In this document: piece by piece, positions 12,830 through 27,111 of the stretch
Layout: the number at the start of each line of letters is the position of its first letter
Position numbering within the stretch: position 1 is the stretch's first letter
Assembly (NCBI RefSeq): GCF_001194135.2
Contig: NC_068982.1
Span: 39,874,717 to 39,938,716, forward strand
DNA length: 64,000 nt
Origin: Octopus bimaculoides
Taxonomy: Eukaryota
Direction: 5' to 3'
The notes under the pieces: model-generated
Database searches by the model: none
Told to the model about the DNA's origin: nothing
Seen by the model: only the letters and a program-made list of their open reading frames with translations
Program-made: the position numbers and the translations under genes

Positions 12830-13700
12830 GGCTTTACCCCGATTTGCTATGGATTTGTGGAGGGTTAGAGTATAATGATACATACTTTGAGGTATTTTTT
12901 CATGCAATTCTGTAAATGATATAATATTCGAAATTTTTCTCATACCTATCTCTCAAGAGTTTCTCATACATGTACTACTGGATAAAATCAGAGCTTTCAT
13001 CAAGTCATGTCAGCACTTTCATTCTGAGTATTTTTTTTTTCAAATTGCTTTAATACCACGGAGCTGCAACATCTTGAGTGCATTTCTTATGAACCCTTAC
13101 ATTGGAATAGTTGGGTAATTAGCTGTATTCAACACCGTTTAACTGTTTCTTAATAAAAATTGGTTTGATCCGCCCGTCATACTAACCACCCCGCGCATAA
13201 TAACTCCAACACCTTGTTTAGACTCTGAAGAATTCGGCTCCCATATTTCAGTTTTGGCGTGCCTTGATCTGGAAAATTAACAAAGTTCGATTTCTTTAGA
13301 TCATATTACTGGCGACCAAAGGTCTTCAAAACACTTTTTCCCAGACGCATATTTTAATTATTGCTATTTGAAATCAATACTTGTAACTCTTTTTACACAT
13401 TCGTGGTCTTTTAAACATGTTCTTATATAACATAGTAACATATTCTAAGAACGTGCTACCTCACTAGCAGTTGCAAGCTAATTTTTAATGACTGCCTTCT
13501 TTCCCCTCTCAGAAACCTTCTGAATAGAAGCATTTTCCCAGACAAACATGCTTAATGATTGCAAAGTCTCTTTTCATATATTTGGTGGGTCTAATTTTGC
13601 ATGAAAATGTCTATCAAATTTACGTGGCTACAATATGTTCCGTAATATATTTTTTTGTATTCAAATTATGCCCATTTTAATACGTATATCTCGCATGCGC
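12830..13700 (-). mobile_element. Decayed Tc1-like DNA transposon
   Basis: Minus-strand KQGVGVIMRGVVSMTG (cf. KHGGGSVMVWG), QDVAAPWY (cf. QDNAPxH), FYPVVHV*ETLER (cf. LNPIEHxW) and EKIPQS...IANRG in Tc1 order. Confidence 0.55.
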
Positions 13701-13749
13701 ACTTTTTTATGAGTTATAACTATTCTTAGACAATGATATATGCACGCAC

Positions 13750-14035
13750 ACACAGACACACATACATACACATACATGCATACATAATACATGAATGAAA
13801 ATACATATTTATGCATACATGCATATATACATAATGCATGCATGCATACATAATGCATAAATACATACATACATGCATACACATATACATACATACATAC
13901 ATACATGCATCTAGGCATGCATACATACATACATACATACATGCATTCATACATACATACATACATACGTACATACATACATACATACATACATACATAC
14001 ATACATACATACATACATACCTACATACATGCATA
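13750..14035. repeat. (CATA)n compound microsatellite
   Basis: Seen directly. Confidence 0.9.
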
Positions 14036-14639
14036 CAGTGTGATCCCGACAAACTTTTTTAAAGAAACCAACATAATACCACAGCAAAGTCTATCCCATA
14101 AAACGCTTAAAATTCAAAAGTTAAAATCTAAATGATAAACAGTAAAATATAGTTCCTTCATTTGTTCTCTAATCTTTGCTTTAATGACTATTAGGCGACG
14201 GCTAATCATTGATTAGAGAAATATCATATTCATACAAGTTTATCACTGAAAAACCATTACAATCTAATTCATATTTTAATTCTCCAAATACTTCCCGGCA
14301 TTCTTCATGATTTAGCTTTTTACTAACGTCAACATTTCCTTCCTATGAACGAAATCTGACGTCTTTAGTTGTACTCAGAAGATTCCTCAGTAGATTAGCT
14401 TCTATTCCATCTAATTAATTGCTGATTCTATTAATTCAAGTAAGACTTAGCAACCTAAATTAACTTAGGCTTAGGAAGTTACAGTAGTAAGACCAGGTTT
14501 TTGTGGAATGTCTCCTGCCTTTTTTCACGTCGTTCGGTAATATCCATGATAGCCACTGCTTCCAATTTGCACTTTAAGATGTTTATCAAAGTAATCCTTT
14601 GAATTACACGCACAAGGCCTGATTAATTTTTTTTTAAGG

Positions 14640-14820
14640 GAAAGGCTAAATCGATTACATGAACACCAGTGCTTAACTGACACTTATTTCATCGGCCCCG
14701 GAACAATGAACACCGAAGGCAACCTCGATGAAATATGAAATCAGAACATTAAGACGGATGAAATACCTTTAAGCATTTTTCCGACATCCTAACAATTCTG
14801 CCAGTTCACAGCCTTAATGT
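14640..14820 (-). mobile_element. Diverged SINE family B copy
   Basis: Reverse complement resembles ggcggcgagctggcagaa...gttcaaattc...gaggtcgac, as seen at 47.5 and 59.1 kb. Confidence 0.6.
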
Positions 14821-16040
14821 TTATCAAAATATTATCAAGGTACTGAATACCTCGTTTCAAAATAACACTTGATCACATTTTCATGAACTTTAATATTTTG
14901 CAATGTGTTTCATTGGTGTAATAAAAGAAACTATAAAGTTGTGCCTATGAATAGCACAGATAATGTTTAATGCTGCAGGTCATTTATCGCATACTTTACT
15001 CAACAATAAAGTGCTTCACTCCAACATTTACAGAAGCAGAATACAATAACCCTATAAGAAATAATTTGTCTATCAAATTGTCTTTCATGTAGAAACGATG
15101 GATTATTGGCTATTCATGTAGAATAACCATGATATTTCATTTGTTTGTCTGAGATAGACAACGCAAGACTGCAGTAAAATGTTTTCTATTTTATTCTCAT
15201 TTCTGACATTAAATTGACATGTTTTTTTTATGGAGTGATATGTCTGTTACCATGTCAATTGTTTCGCTTTCATGTTTCGAATCCACTTACTTCAACTTTT
15301 GCTATATCCACAATTTTATGATAAAGATATAAATCTGCACAACCTTACCCAATTTAGATGGTGTTATTTGTGAATATTTTTTTACTTTGCAATACAGAAT
15401 TTTTACCTACAAATCTCTGGCAGCCACATTTGAGTACTTAAAAGATTGTGTAAATCTATACATAATTGTCAGTATCTTACGTGTTCTTTTCTTTCAAATT
15501 TACGTACAGTTTTATTTCAATATAACCATATTGTCTCTTGCCGTCCAACTTATTCAGCCAGTTTTGTATGAAATACATTTCTTTTTCACATCCATACATT
15601 TATTATAAAGCTGTATGTTCAAGTATTTTCTACTGCTAGCAGGTTAGCAGACCAATGAAACATTTACGTTTTAAATTTAATATTTTAAAGTAAATTATCA
15701 GCTTTTAACAGTAGCGTGTAAACACAAGCTTCCGGCGTGATAACAGAATTAACAATTTCGATTCGATTCATTCGCTAGGAAAGCTATTTCGTAGCCGCAA
15801 GTAAGTGTATATACATTAAACGTTAAATGTCTCTAAGCTAACGCTTTGGGAATCTTCTTTTCTCAGATTTCATTTTGCGCTTACATCTTATTTTTTTTCG
15901 CTCGTGTATAATTTAATCAAAATCAATGTCAAAATTTTCCCAATTTTCCCATTTTTGACTCAAACATATGTATATGTATTCATCTGCATGTGGTAGTATG
16001 TTTATGTGTATGTATGCATGTGTGTATGCATATGTCCATG

Positions 16041-16086
<46 letters not shown>

Positions 16087-16087
16087 T

Positions 16088-16136
<49 letters not shown>

Positions 16137-16201
16137 CATACGCGCACACATATACACACACCACACAAAACACACACACACACACAGAAACTCACACACA
16201 C

Positions 16202-16266
<65 letters not shown>

Positions 16267-16271
<5 letters not shown>

Positions 16272-17570
16272 GTTGAAAATGCACTGAATATAGTTAAAAT
16301 ATTTCAATATATTTAAAGCTTTAACTGGTTTCACAGTTTACACTGATTTTCAAAAAGGAGACGTGGCTTATGTCGCAGCTGTCTTTTTTCTGACAAGCGT
16401 TTGAAGCTTTCCCTATTTTTGTAGGGAGTTCATGGCTCAAATTAGTATATGTTTTGAATAGCATTTGATTGGTAGAGGATATTCACATGAATTTTCTTAG
16501 AATTTTTGTAGGTTCCTCGCTACATCTGTGTGTTATTATCAAGTAACAATGTTTGGCGCCATGAGTTAAGGCTGACACGGTTGACTGAATATGTCCAAAC
16601 ACTCAATGCTCTGAATATTTTCTGTGAAATGTTTGTAGATTATGAGCAAATGATTAAGTTTATAACCTATTGTACGTTTCTCGCCACGTCCGTGCGTTAG
16701 TGACACGTGACAGTATATTTTGCGCCTAAAAAGAAAACCGACGCGGGTGAGTGAACATGTCTAGTTATAATCAAGTCACTCTCAATCAAGATATATGTGC
16801 TCAAAATAATTCCCTCAGATTCCAGGTCTTCCCACTGTATCTACTTTCAGCGAATACCACAGATGAAGTACTGATGAACAAAGAAAATACTTTCATGCAA
16901 AAGTACAATCGAAGACTTAACAAACTTTAACAGAATACATACAGAAATAACAATTCATATGCAAAACTCATTCTGCCACATATCATGAGGAACCCACACA
17001 GCTAACAACCTACACGTTAGCCAATGCACTACATACAAACGAGTCCAGTCCACTCTCCCACCAGACAGATTAAATTTGGAGTGCCTTGATTATAACTAAA
17101 CATGTTCACTCAACCACGTCGGCCTTCAAAAGAAGGGAAATGCACAAAGGGTTATACACTTAATCATGTGTTCATTCTCTACAAACACTTGACAGAAAAC
17201 ATTTAGAATATTGAGTGTTTGGACAATGTTCAGTCAACCATGTCAGCCTTAACTTACGATGCCAAACATTTTCACTTGACACTAACACACAGACGTAGCG
17301 GAAAACCTACAAAGATTTCTACGACCAGTCATGTAATTATCCTCTACCAATCAGATCCCATTCAAAACATATACTAATTTGAGCCATGGAAACCATATAA
17401 AAACAGGGCAAATTTCAAACACTAGTCAGAAGCAAGAAAGCTGCGTCATAAGCCACGTCTTTCTATTTGAACGTTTTGAAAATCAGTGTAAACTATGAAA
17501 CAATTTAAAGCTTTAAATATATTAATTAAAAATATTTTAACTACACGCAGTGCATTGTCGACTTCTACTT
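16267..17570. repeat. Long diverged inverted repeat: arms about 16267-16790 and 17075-17570, about 290-bp spacer
   Basis: Examples: catggctcaaattagtatatgttttgaat (16431) vs attcaaaacatatactaatttgagccatg (17360); gtttacactgattttcaaaa vs ttttgaaaatcagtgtaaac; gtgaacatgtctagttataatcaag vs cttgattataactaaacatgttcac. Confidence 0.85.
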
Positions 17571-18039
17571 TCCCTATATTTCTACCCGTGTCGAATAAAA
17601 TAACTTTGTTTCTCTNNNNNNNNNNNNNNNNNNNNNNNNNNNNNNNNNNNNNNNNNNNNNNNNNNNNNNNNNNNNNNNNNNNNNNNNNNNNNNNNNNNNN
17701 NNNNNNNNNNNNNNNNNNNNNNNNNNNNNNNNNNNNNNNNNNNNNNNNNNNNNNNNNNNNNNNNNNNNNNNNNNNNNNNNNNNNNNNNNNNNNNNNNNNN
17801 NNNNNNNNNNNNNNNNNNNNNNNNNNNNNNNNNNNNNNNNNNNNNNNNNNNNNNNNNNNNNNNNNNNNNNNNNNNNNNNNNNNNNNNNNNNNNNNNNNNN
17901 NNNNNNNNNNNNNNNNNNATATATATATATATATATATAGATAGATAGATAAACGTATATACACAAATTTTATGTCTAGTTTAGTGCAAAATTGGGCATA
18001 GTATTTATTATTAAATCACAGAATTAAAATTTTTTTACT

Positions 18040-18195
18040 GCGCCAGATATAATGCTTAGCAGCATTTCTTCTGAGTTTTACATTCGGAGTTCAAATGACA
18101 CCGAGGTTCAGTTTGCTTGTCATCCTTTCGGGGCCGACAAAATATGTACCAGTTAATCGACTAGCTCCCGAGCCTCAAAGTTTCAAGTTTTGTAT
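18040..18195 (+). mobile_element. Diverged SINE family B copy
   Basis: aatgcttagcagcatttc...gagttcaaat...ccgaggt...catcctttcggg...gtaccagtt matches family B. Confidence 0.6.
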
Positions 18196-18934
18196 TTATA
18201 TCAGAAAGATTCATTAACTCACATACGTCGTTCGAATTGCACATGTTGGGAGAGAAACACTTTCTTTTTCTGCACATAAGTGTGCTACTCACAAGTAGTA
18301 CGTTTGTTCATGACTATACAGAATATAGTATTCAATATATTTTTGGCCTTGAGCTTAAATGATTATAAAATGTCCGTCTCCCTCCTCATTCTCATTCTGT
18401 TTATCCCGCTAACACACTTACCACCCTTGGGTTCTCCTTTTCTCCCAAACCTTCTTTTATATTTCGTACAATAACCTCATATTTTCATCCTGTATATATC
18501 ACAAACTCTCTTTCTCTCACCCTCACTTTCTGTCTCTCTTTCTCTCTCTCTCAATCTCTCTGTCTTTCTCTCTCTCCCCAATTTCTCGATGCCGACATTT
18601 ACAGTGAATAATTGTTCTTTTCGATGCATTTAGCATTTTCCACTGTAGAGAAAGTTCTCTATTATTCTCATCCTGCACATACAAAGCGAAAATGTACTTT
18701 AAAGCTGTTTCAAATAACGTTTGAAGATGAGTATGTATCATCTTATAAATCGTATAATTGTATAATTGTTTATCAATTTTACTGCTTCATATAATTATAT
18801 ACATATATCCATGTGTATATATGTTTGTGTGTGTGTGTCTTTATTTATACTATATATTTATATGCATATGTACATATATATATATGTATGCGCGCGCGCA
18901 CACACAAGAATTTATCTACATATTTATATATATC

Positions 18935-18970
<36 letters not shown>

Positions 18971-19156
18971 CGCGAGTGTTTGTGTTTGTACGCATCAATT
19001 ATAGTATTGTGTTACTTCTGCAGTAGCAAAAATCTCCTCGAGAAATATCCGCATTTTTTCCAACAGGTAGCCGATATACGAATGCCACTCAGATATTTAC
19101 CGAAAGAAAGTGTCATCAACATCGAATCAGGGTGCATAAGTGGGTGGTTAAAAAAG

Positions 19157-19480
19157 GAACATTCCGTCGGTTACGACGACGAAGGTCCCAGCTGATACGA
19201 TCAACGGAACAGCTTGCTCGTGAAATTAAAGTGCAAGTGACTGAGCATTCCACAGACACGTGTACCCCTAACGTACTTCTCAGGGAGATTCAGCGTAACA
19301 CAGAGTGTGACAAGGCCGGCCCTTTGAAATACAGGTACTACTCATTTTTTCCAGCTGAGTGAACTGAGCAACGTGAACTAAAGTGTCTTGCTCAAAATCA
19401 CAACGCGTTGCCGGGAATTGAACTCACGACCTTACGATCGTGAGCCGAATGCGCTAACCACTAAGCCACTCACCTTCACT
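19157..19480 (-). mobile_element. tRNA-derived SINE family C (head + ttgagcaagacact core + shared 3' module)
   Basis: Minus strand: A-box tggcttagtgg, B-box gagttcaattcc, core ttgagcaagacacttt...cactcagctgg, then gtacctgtatttcaaagggcc...gtcgtaaccgacggaatg. Confidence 0.85.
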
Positions 19481-19887
19481 AATGAGCCTAGAATGTAAGA
19501 GACGTTTTAATAACACCTCTATTTTTCTAGTGTAAGGCAAGGCTGTCTTCAGAAGTAAATAGTCTGTAGGATATTCATTGAGCGCAATACCAGAACGTAA
19601 AATGAGATATCACAGTATTTCAGCAACGGATATAAAATATGTATCATAGAAACTGTATTATAAGTGTATGTTTGTACGTAAGTGTGTGTAAGTGTGTGTG
19701 TGTGTGTGTGTGTGTGTATGTACTTGCTTGTATAACTCACATGAATCTGTGTTTTTATGTATTGTTACACACACGTATCTTATGTATGGACTGTGTCGTT
19801 TGCAATATTGGGCCAAGTGTCTAACTTCTTAAGTCGTTGATTTTCCCCGTGTGCATAGTTCGACTTTTGGAGACTGGAACATATTAA

Positions 19888-20102
19888 CCCTTTAGCATCC
19901 ATTTTGTCAAATGTAATGCTTATTCGTTCAGATTGTTTTGAATTACTCACACATCATTTTGTAGCTTCAAAATGTCGATGGTGTGTTTGTATATTTTTAG
20001 AATGACATTACAGGATAGATGTGAGAGGTTGGATTTGGTTGGTCTTAACATAAAACAGGTATGATATTTGGGCCCAACATCGCTGGATTAAATGCTAAAG
20101 GG
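19888..20102. mobile_element. piggyBac-type MITE (215 bp)
   Basis: TTAA|CCCTTTAGCAT ... ATGCTAAAGGG|TTAA: 11-bp perfect TIR starting CCC, TTAA target duplication at 19884-19887 and 20103-20106. Confidence 0.85.
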
Positions 20103-20410
20103 TTAAAGTCTGTTACTGCACGATGTGTTTAGTGACGTATGACCATACTGTAATGTACGTAATGTATGTGTACATTTCCTTACAACACATGCAACTTTCC
20201 TACGGCGTAGCTAACCATATCTGTTTCCTATTGTGTAACGTATGTATTATATGGTTGCATATCGTCTGTATATTTCAACAACTACATGGGCACAATATTA
20301 CTGCAATTTAATGGAGTGGTAATAGATAACGGAAAATTCAGCAATTCACTATATTGTGTAATAGAACGCGTCTGCAACATGTGATTGAAGAGCTTGGAAT
20401 AGGTGTTCTA

Positions 20411-20469
<59 letters not shown>

Positions 20470-21370
20470 TACGTACTCACACACATATACATGCACATAT
20501 ATAAATATATTAATTTATATAAATAAGGATAAGATCGTTATTTAAAAGTGACTAGCATGGTAATAAAAAACCTCACAGGTAATAATTATTATTAAAATTA
20601 TAATTAAGAGTATCTAAAAGATACCATCATGCTAGAGATAGCAGCCAAAACTTGACTCTAAAACCACATCNNNNNNNNNNNNNNNNNNNNNNNNNNNNNN
20701 NNNNNNNNNNNNNNNNNNNNNNNNNNNNNNNNNNNNNNNNNNNNNNNNNNNNNNNNNNNNNNNNNNNNNNNNNNNNNNNNNNNNNNNNNNNNNNNNNNNN
20801 NNNNNNNNNNNNNNNNNNNNNNNNNNNNNNNNNNNNNNNNNNNNNNNNNNNNNNNNNNNNNNNNNNNNNNNNNNNNNNNNNNNNNNNNNNNNNNNNNNNN
20901 NNNNNNNNNNNNNNNNNNNNNNNNNNNNNNNNNNNNNNNNNNNNNNNNNNNNNNNNNNNNNNNNNNNNNNNNNNNNNNNNNNNNNNNNNNNNNNNNNNNN
21001 NNNNNNNNNNNNNNNNNNNNNNNNNNNNNNNNNNNNNNNNNNNNNNNNNNNNNNNNNNNNNNNNNNNNNNNNNNNNNNNNNNNNNNNNNNNNNNNNNNNN
21101 NNNNNNNNNNNNNNNNNNNNNNNNNNNNNNNNNNNNNNNNNNNNNNNNNNNNNNNNNNNNNNNNNNNNNNNNNNNNNNNNNNNNNNNNNNNNNNNNNNNN
21201 NNNNNNNNNNNNNNNNNNNNNNNNNNNNNNNNNNTATATATATATATATATATACATACATATATATACATGCATATCATATATACACATGTATATATAT
21301 ATATACATTTATGTATCTATATATGTGTGTGTGTATGTATGCGTGTATGAGTGTATATGTGCATATGTGT

Positions 21371-21752
21371 GGAGGCGCAATGGCCCAGTGGTTAGGGCAG
21401 TGGACTCGCAGTCGAACGATCGCGGTTTCGATTTCCAGACCGGGCGTTGTGAGTGTTTATTAAGCGAAAACACATAAAGCTCCACGAGGCTCCGGCAGGA
21501 GGGTTGTGGCTAACCCTGGTGTACTCCTTCACCACAACTTTCTCTCACTCTTCCTTCCTGTTTCTGTTGTACCTGTATTTCAAAGGGCCAGCCTTGTCAC
21601 TCTCTGTGTCACGCTGAATCTCCCCAGAACTACGTTAAGGGTACACGTGTATGTGGAGTGCTCAGCCACTTGCACGTTAATTTCATGAGCAGGCTGTTCC
21701 GTTGATCGGATCAACTGGAACCCTCGTCGTCGTAACCGACGGAGTGCCAACA
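21371..21752 (+). mobile_element. tRNA-derived SINE family D (different body, same 3' module as 19157-19350)
   Basis: A-box tggcccagtgg (21381), B-box ggtttcgatttcc (21424); 3' part 21571-21752 matches the tail of the 19.2-kb SINE. Confidence 0.85.
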
Positions 21753-22921
21753 GAATGTACATATGTACACATACATAGTTAAAGAGAGAGTGAGATATAA
21801 TCCATTTTGTATTGCCATTCAACTAATAAAGAAACGTGATACCCTATTCCATGCTGGCAATGATTTCAATCAATGTGAACTAAAGGTATCAATGAAGGTG
21901 GAAACGTATGGGTTAATTCTAATAACAATCTCATATAACATTTTATACATCGATTCATTCACAAAATCTGTATAATTTTAATAGAATTTAAATCTCATTT
22001 TAACTATAGTCATTGTCGCCTTTCAAACTCACCGTTATCTTATTCCCGTATGAATATTTTAATGATTATTTATTCCGTACGGGACTTAAAAGTCTTTCAG
22101 ATATCAATATAATTATTTGATGTCGCCATAAAATACAACAATAGAAGAGGAATTCATTGGTTGTATCGACTGTCGCTTTTTATTTTCAATAGAATTTTTG
22201 TCATATGGGTGACTAAAAGTATGGTGTTTGAATATGTGTTATTTTATTTGATCACACAAATTTTTAAATTTCGTTTTCACATTATATACAGCATTATATC
22301 ACTAATTAATACAAGCTAAAATCATTTTTTCGATTTTCCTATGTTTCTGTAATTAATATTGTCTTCTCTCAATGTTAATGGTATTTCATTATTTCTGTTC
22401 GTCACACTGTTTCCAATCATTTTTTTCTCTCTCCAAGATCCTCTGTTTATATAATTAAACAGTTTCTTTTCTTAAATGCCCTCTTAGTCTCTTAAGATTT
22501 CATCATATGACGTTAAACAACTGATAAATTTTATCTCTCTATTGTCAGTTTCTTCTGTTTTGCATCTTATTCCTTTGCTTTTGTTTTGGCTCCTGTCTGT
22601 ATTTTTGCTACAACTGTCAATCTTCGGGGAATACCAGTCAGACAATCAGTAATTACGATGGCACATTTTATGTACTGCAATGTTAATTAAAGAAGAATAA
22701 ACCTAGGTCTATTCTACATCTATTGTACATAGTAATATTGTTTCGCTTACTAACACATCACTTCCCAGTATTTAAAAATGTGGCAACATGTGACATATTT
22801 TATTCGTCAGTGAAATCAGTGTGTGGCGGAAATAGTTACATTAAATCGCAACAAAGGAGTTGACATCTACGTTGCGAAAAAAAATTTTTGTAACCAATTT
22901 GAACTGATACAATAAACAGTC

Positions 22922-22955
22922 GTGTTGTTGTTGTTGTTGTTGCTGCTGCTGCTGC

Positions 22956-23013
<58 letters not shown>

Positions 23014-23037
23014 GCTGTTGTCGTTGTTGTTGTTGTT
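22922..23037. repeat. (GTT)n/(GCT)n microsatellite
   Basis: Seen directly. Confidence 0.95.
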
Positions 23038-25429
23038 TAACCCCATTTCAGTTTTGATTAATTAGTCTTATGTTTATAAACGTTGTATCTTTGATCTTGT
23101 ATGTCTAAGATTACATTTTTCAATATATCCATCGGTTTCTAAAATGATAAAATGTCATTTGTGAGATGTTAGTGGGAGCACTGTATAAACATCTACAGTT
23201 TTATTAATTTGTTATTCAAAATTCAATTCTTCGGAGACAACAATAATTTGTCATAAACAGGTCTTCCGCAAACATCTCACAATACACACAATAGAAATGG
23301 ATATTGGCAAAGTCAACCAAGAAAATAATATGAATCACCCACTTAACAAGCGTGTTACTTTCAGATTATTATTCAAACCTTTTAGAGCAAAGTCGATCGA
23401 ATGGTGATTTAATTCAGAATGGAACCAAACTATATTCCAATATAAATTATTTCTGCTCTGAGTCATTTATATTTATTATTTTTTTGTGCGGAATAACTTC
23501 CTGTTTTATCATTCTATCAGCCACTATTGATCACAGGCTAGCTGCTTCTGCTGTTCTTTGAATGATAATGGAAGAACTGTGACTGGTGAATTCGACAGCA
23601 TAGAAATTCATAGCGGTAGAGATATGTGAGTAGCTACTTAGGCACGCAGAGCGATAGGAAATTCAATTCTACAAGCAGCGTCTTATTTTCTCGGTAGTGA
23701 AGTTAGTAGTTTCATTTCAAGGATGAAAACAAGATACCATGTTTCATGGTTGTTTATTCTTTCTTCTGCACATGATTTGCCATTGTCTATCTTATTCGTT
23801 GGTGGGATTTTTATTCGAAAGGGAGACACATTTTCTTAGTTACCATTGTATAACCATACACACATTCTCCTGCAATTAGTGCTACAAGGTAACTAAAATT
23901 AGTTACAGATCAAGGCCGGATCGTGAACACAGTTACCTTTTACTTTATGACATTTTGCTTCACCCTGCACTAGCCGATATTCTAATTATCTTTCTAGACA
24001 TTGCAATTAAGTTAGTGTAATATCATTAAAATTATTCAACTTAATAAAGCAATGCCATGGATATATTTGTCATTGATTGTCTTTGTTGATACATGTACCT
24101 TGCAATTTACGTAATGCTTTTGTCCTGATTTACACTACAGAAGTTCATTCTTTCGCCCTGTCTTACTTCTGACTTTTCCTTCTCTATCACTCACGGAACT
24201 ATTAAAATCTCATATAGGAGACCGGATATTGAATTTTGTAAACGTAATGCTTTTACTGAGGCATTAAGAATAGCAGAAAAGAAATAACTAGGTTTCGATC
24301 GAAGACATATCACTGAGGATCTTACGTCTATATCTCTCTGAATTTTACTGCAATAATGCTTTACTTTTTACATTGTTGATATAATCTTCGTAATAGGCAA
24401 CAGAGTACCTTCGTAACAGAATACATTTACTTCTCCAAGCATTTAATGCGTACACTTAGTCAAATTACAACAGAAATATTTCCATCTGTCGAATTTATGC
24501 TGTCAAGGCAAGATTTAGCTTTCTCAAGTACTGTACGAATGTTTCGGTTTTATCATGCTGAAATATCTTACCAAAGGGTTCTACTTATATACGATTACAC
24601 TTGATTTTCAGTGGTAGTTATTTAACAGAAATTTACAATATTATTATTAACTCGCTAGTTTTTGTCGAACGGCAGTATAATGTTATCAATATTTCTATCT
24701 TCAAATTTATTTCATAAACTATAACAGCCTACTTGTTATCATTTTCCCAATATCAGAGAAAAATTGTTTCTTTAATTTTAATTCTTGTTTAGTTCGTTTT
24801 CATATTTTCTGAGAAATTAATCTATTTCTTGATTTTCTTTTCCGTTCGGAATGGAAATTTTGATTAGTTTTTCTGCACAGCAGATTCTTATATCTTTTTT
24901 TTATTTTCATTTTCTGTCCTCTGTTTATTTATTTAGTTTGTTTTTCCGATCTTTTGTAACATTTTCCATCAATGCTCTTTTATAAACATCTAATTTTTTG
25001 TTATCTTGCCCGTTTTTCGTTCTAGTTATCCAATATACACTCCTATCTTTCTGCAGCGAGCAAGTTCAATGGGAGATATTTTATAAAAAGTGCGGAAAAT
25101 AATTAATTCTATCATTAACAAAAACAAAAATAATAAACATTGAACTTTCCCCCATCATACACTACGGATATCGTGAACGAATTTCATATGAACATATCGT
25201 TTCTTTTTATTAAGTATTGCTTAAACGTCTTAGGTCTCGTCAACAGCAATATTATCTTCATCATGATGGTCGTCATCGTCGGCACCGCCGTTGCTATCAT
25301 CTTAGTGACTTGATCGTCCCCAACATTATTATCAATTCCGGTAAAAATACGAACAGGCTTTTTATTCTCATCTTAATAATTTTTCCTCCTCCAATACTTC
25401 CTTTTCTCAGTTAACATTACAATTAGCGT

Positions 25430-25650
25430 CGACATCGGTGCTACCACCACCATCATCACCACCACCACCATCATCACCACCACCACATCACCGCCACCAC
25501 AAACACCAGCACCACCACCACCACCATCATCATCATCATCTTCAGTAGCGACAACATTATCAACATAATCATTGCTAACAACCTTATCGACTTCGCTCAC
25601 CTTATCATCTTCATCATCATATTATCAATAACATTATCATCATCTTCATT
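25430..25650. repeat. (CAC)n/(CAT)n degenerate triplet repeat
   Basis: Seen directly; explains ORF 25373-25600. Confidence 0.85.
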
Positions 25651-27111
25651 GGGAGCATGCTCACTTCAATTTTTCTTTTCAAATTCAAATATCTCACAAT
25701 ATTATGAAGCAGCAGCCTGTATCGTAGAAGTTGTAATAAACCCTTTCCATTTTTATTTGACGTAAACTCAATGTAATTCGGTTAATAACTACATTGAAAA
25801 AGGCAAAATTTCTTAGTATCCTAGAAAACTCTTTTTACCTAAAATATAAGATACGGAGACAAGCTAAGAGAAACCAAATTTTATGCATTTGAGGATATAT
25901 TTCCTTCGTTTGAGATACCAATTTACCTTCCATTGGCGGATATACATAAAACTGCCGCAGCATGGTCGATGTGATGTAACTCAATATAGGAAATATGTAT
26001 TTCATATACCTCTGAGTGAAAAGTGCTAAATCCATGAATTATGAGTCATGTGAAAATGGTTATAGCACCCTGCTTTCATTTTAATAATATATAGATAGAT
26101 AGATAGATAGATAGAGAGAAAGAGAGGGGGAGAGAGAGACATAGATATATACATATACACACACATATACATAAATACCTATACATATATATATATATTA
26201 CATACATACATATATGTATGCATATGATATATATATATATATATATATATANNNNNNNNNNNNNNNNNNNNNNNNNNNNNNNNNNNNNNNNNNNNNNNNN
26301 NNNNNNNNNNNNNNNNNNNNNNNNNNNNNNNNNNNNNNNNNNNNNNNNNNNNNNNNNNNNNNNNNNNNNNNNNNNNNNNNNNNNNNNNNNNNNNNNNNNN
26401 NNNNNNNNNNNNNNNNNNNNNNNNNNNNNNNNNNNNNNNNNNNNNNNNNNNNNNNNNNNNNNNNNNNNNNNNNNNNNNNNNNNNNNNNNNNNNNNNNNNN
26501 NNNNNNNNNNNNNNNNNNNNNNNNNNNNNNNNNNNNNNNNNNNNNNNNNNNNNNNNNNNNNNNNNNNNNNNNNNNNNNNNNNNNNNNNNNNNNNNNNNNN
26601 NNNNNNNNNNNNNNNNNNNNNNNNNNNNNNNNNNNNNNNNNNNNNNNNNNNNNNNNNNNNNNNNNNNNNNNNNNNNNNNNNNNNNNNNNNNNNNNNNNNN
26701 NNNNNNNNNNNNNNNNNNNNNNNNNNNNNNNNNNNNNNNNNNNNNNNNNNNNNNNNNNNNNNNNNNNNNNNNNNNNNNNNNNNNNNNNNNNNNNNNNNNN
26801 NNNNNNNNNNNNNNNNNNNNNNNNNNNNNNNNNNNNNNNNNNNNNNNNNNNNNNNNNNNNNNNNNNNNNNNNNNNNNNNNNNNNNNNNNNNNNNNNNNNN
26901 NNNNNNNNNNNNNNNNNNNNNNNNNNNNNNNNNNNNNNNNNNNNNNNNNNNNNNNNNNNNNNNNNNNNNNNNNNNNNNNNNNNNNNNNNNNNNNNNNNNN
27001 NNNNNNNNNNNNNNNNNNNNNNNNNNNNNNNNNNNNNNNNNNNNNNNNNNNNNNNNNNNNNNNNNNNNNNNNNNNNNNNNNNNNNNNNNNNNNNNNNNNN
27101 NNNNNNNNNNN

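Noticed and set aside
19380-21450. tRNA-like sequences with A/B boxes (also at 28120 and 53590)
   Set aside because: SINE heads without a complete cloverleaf; not tRNA genes.
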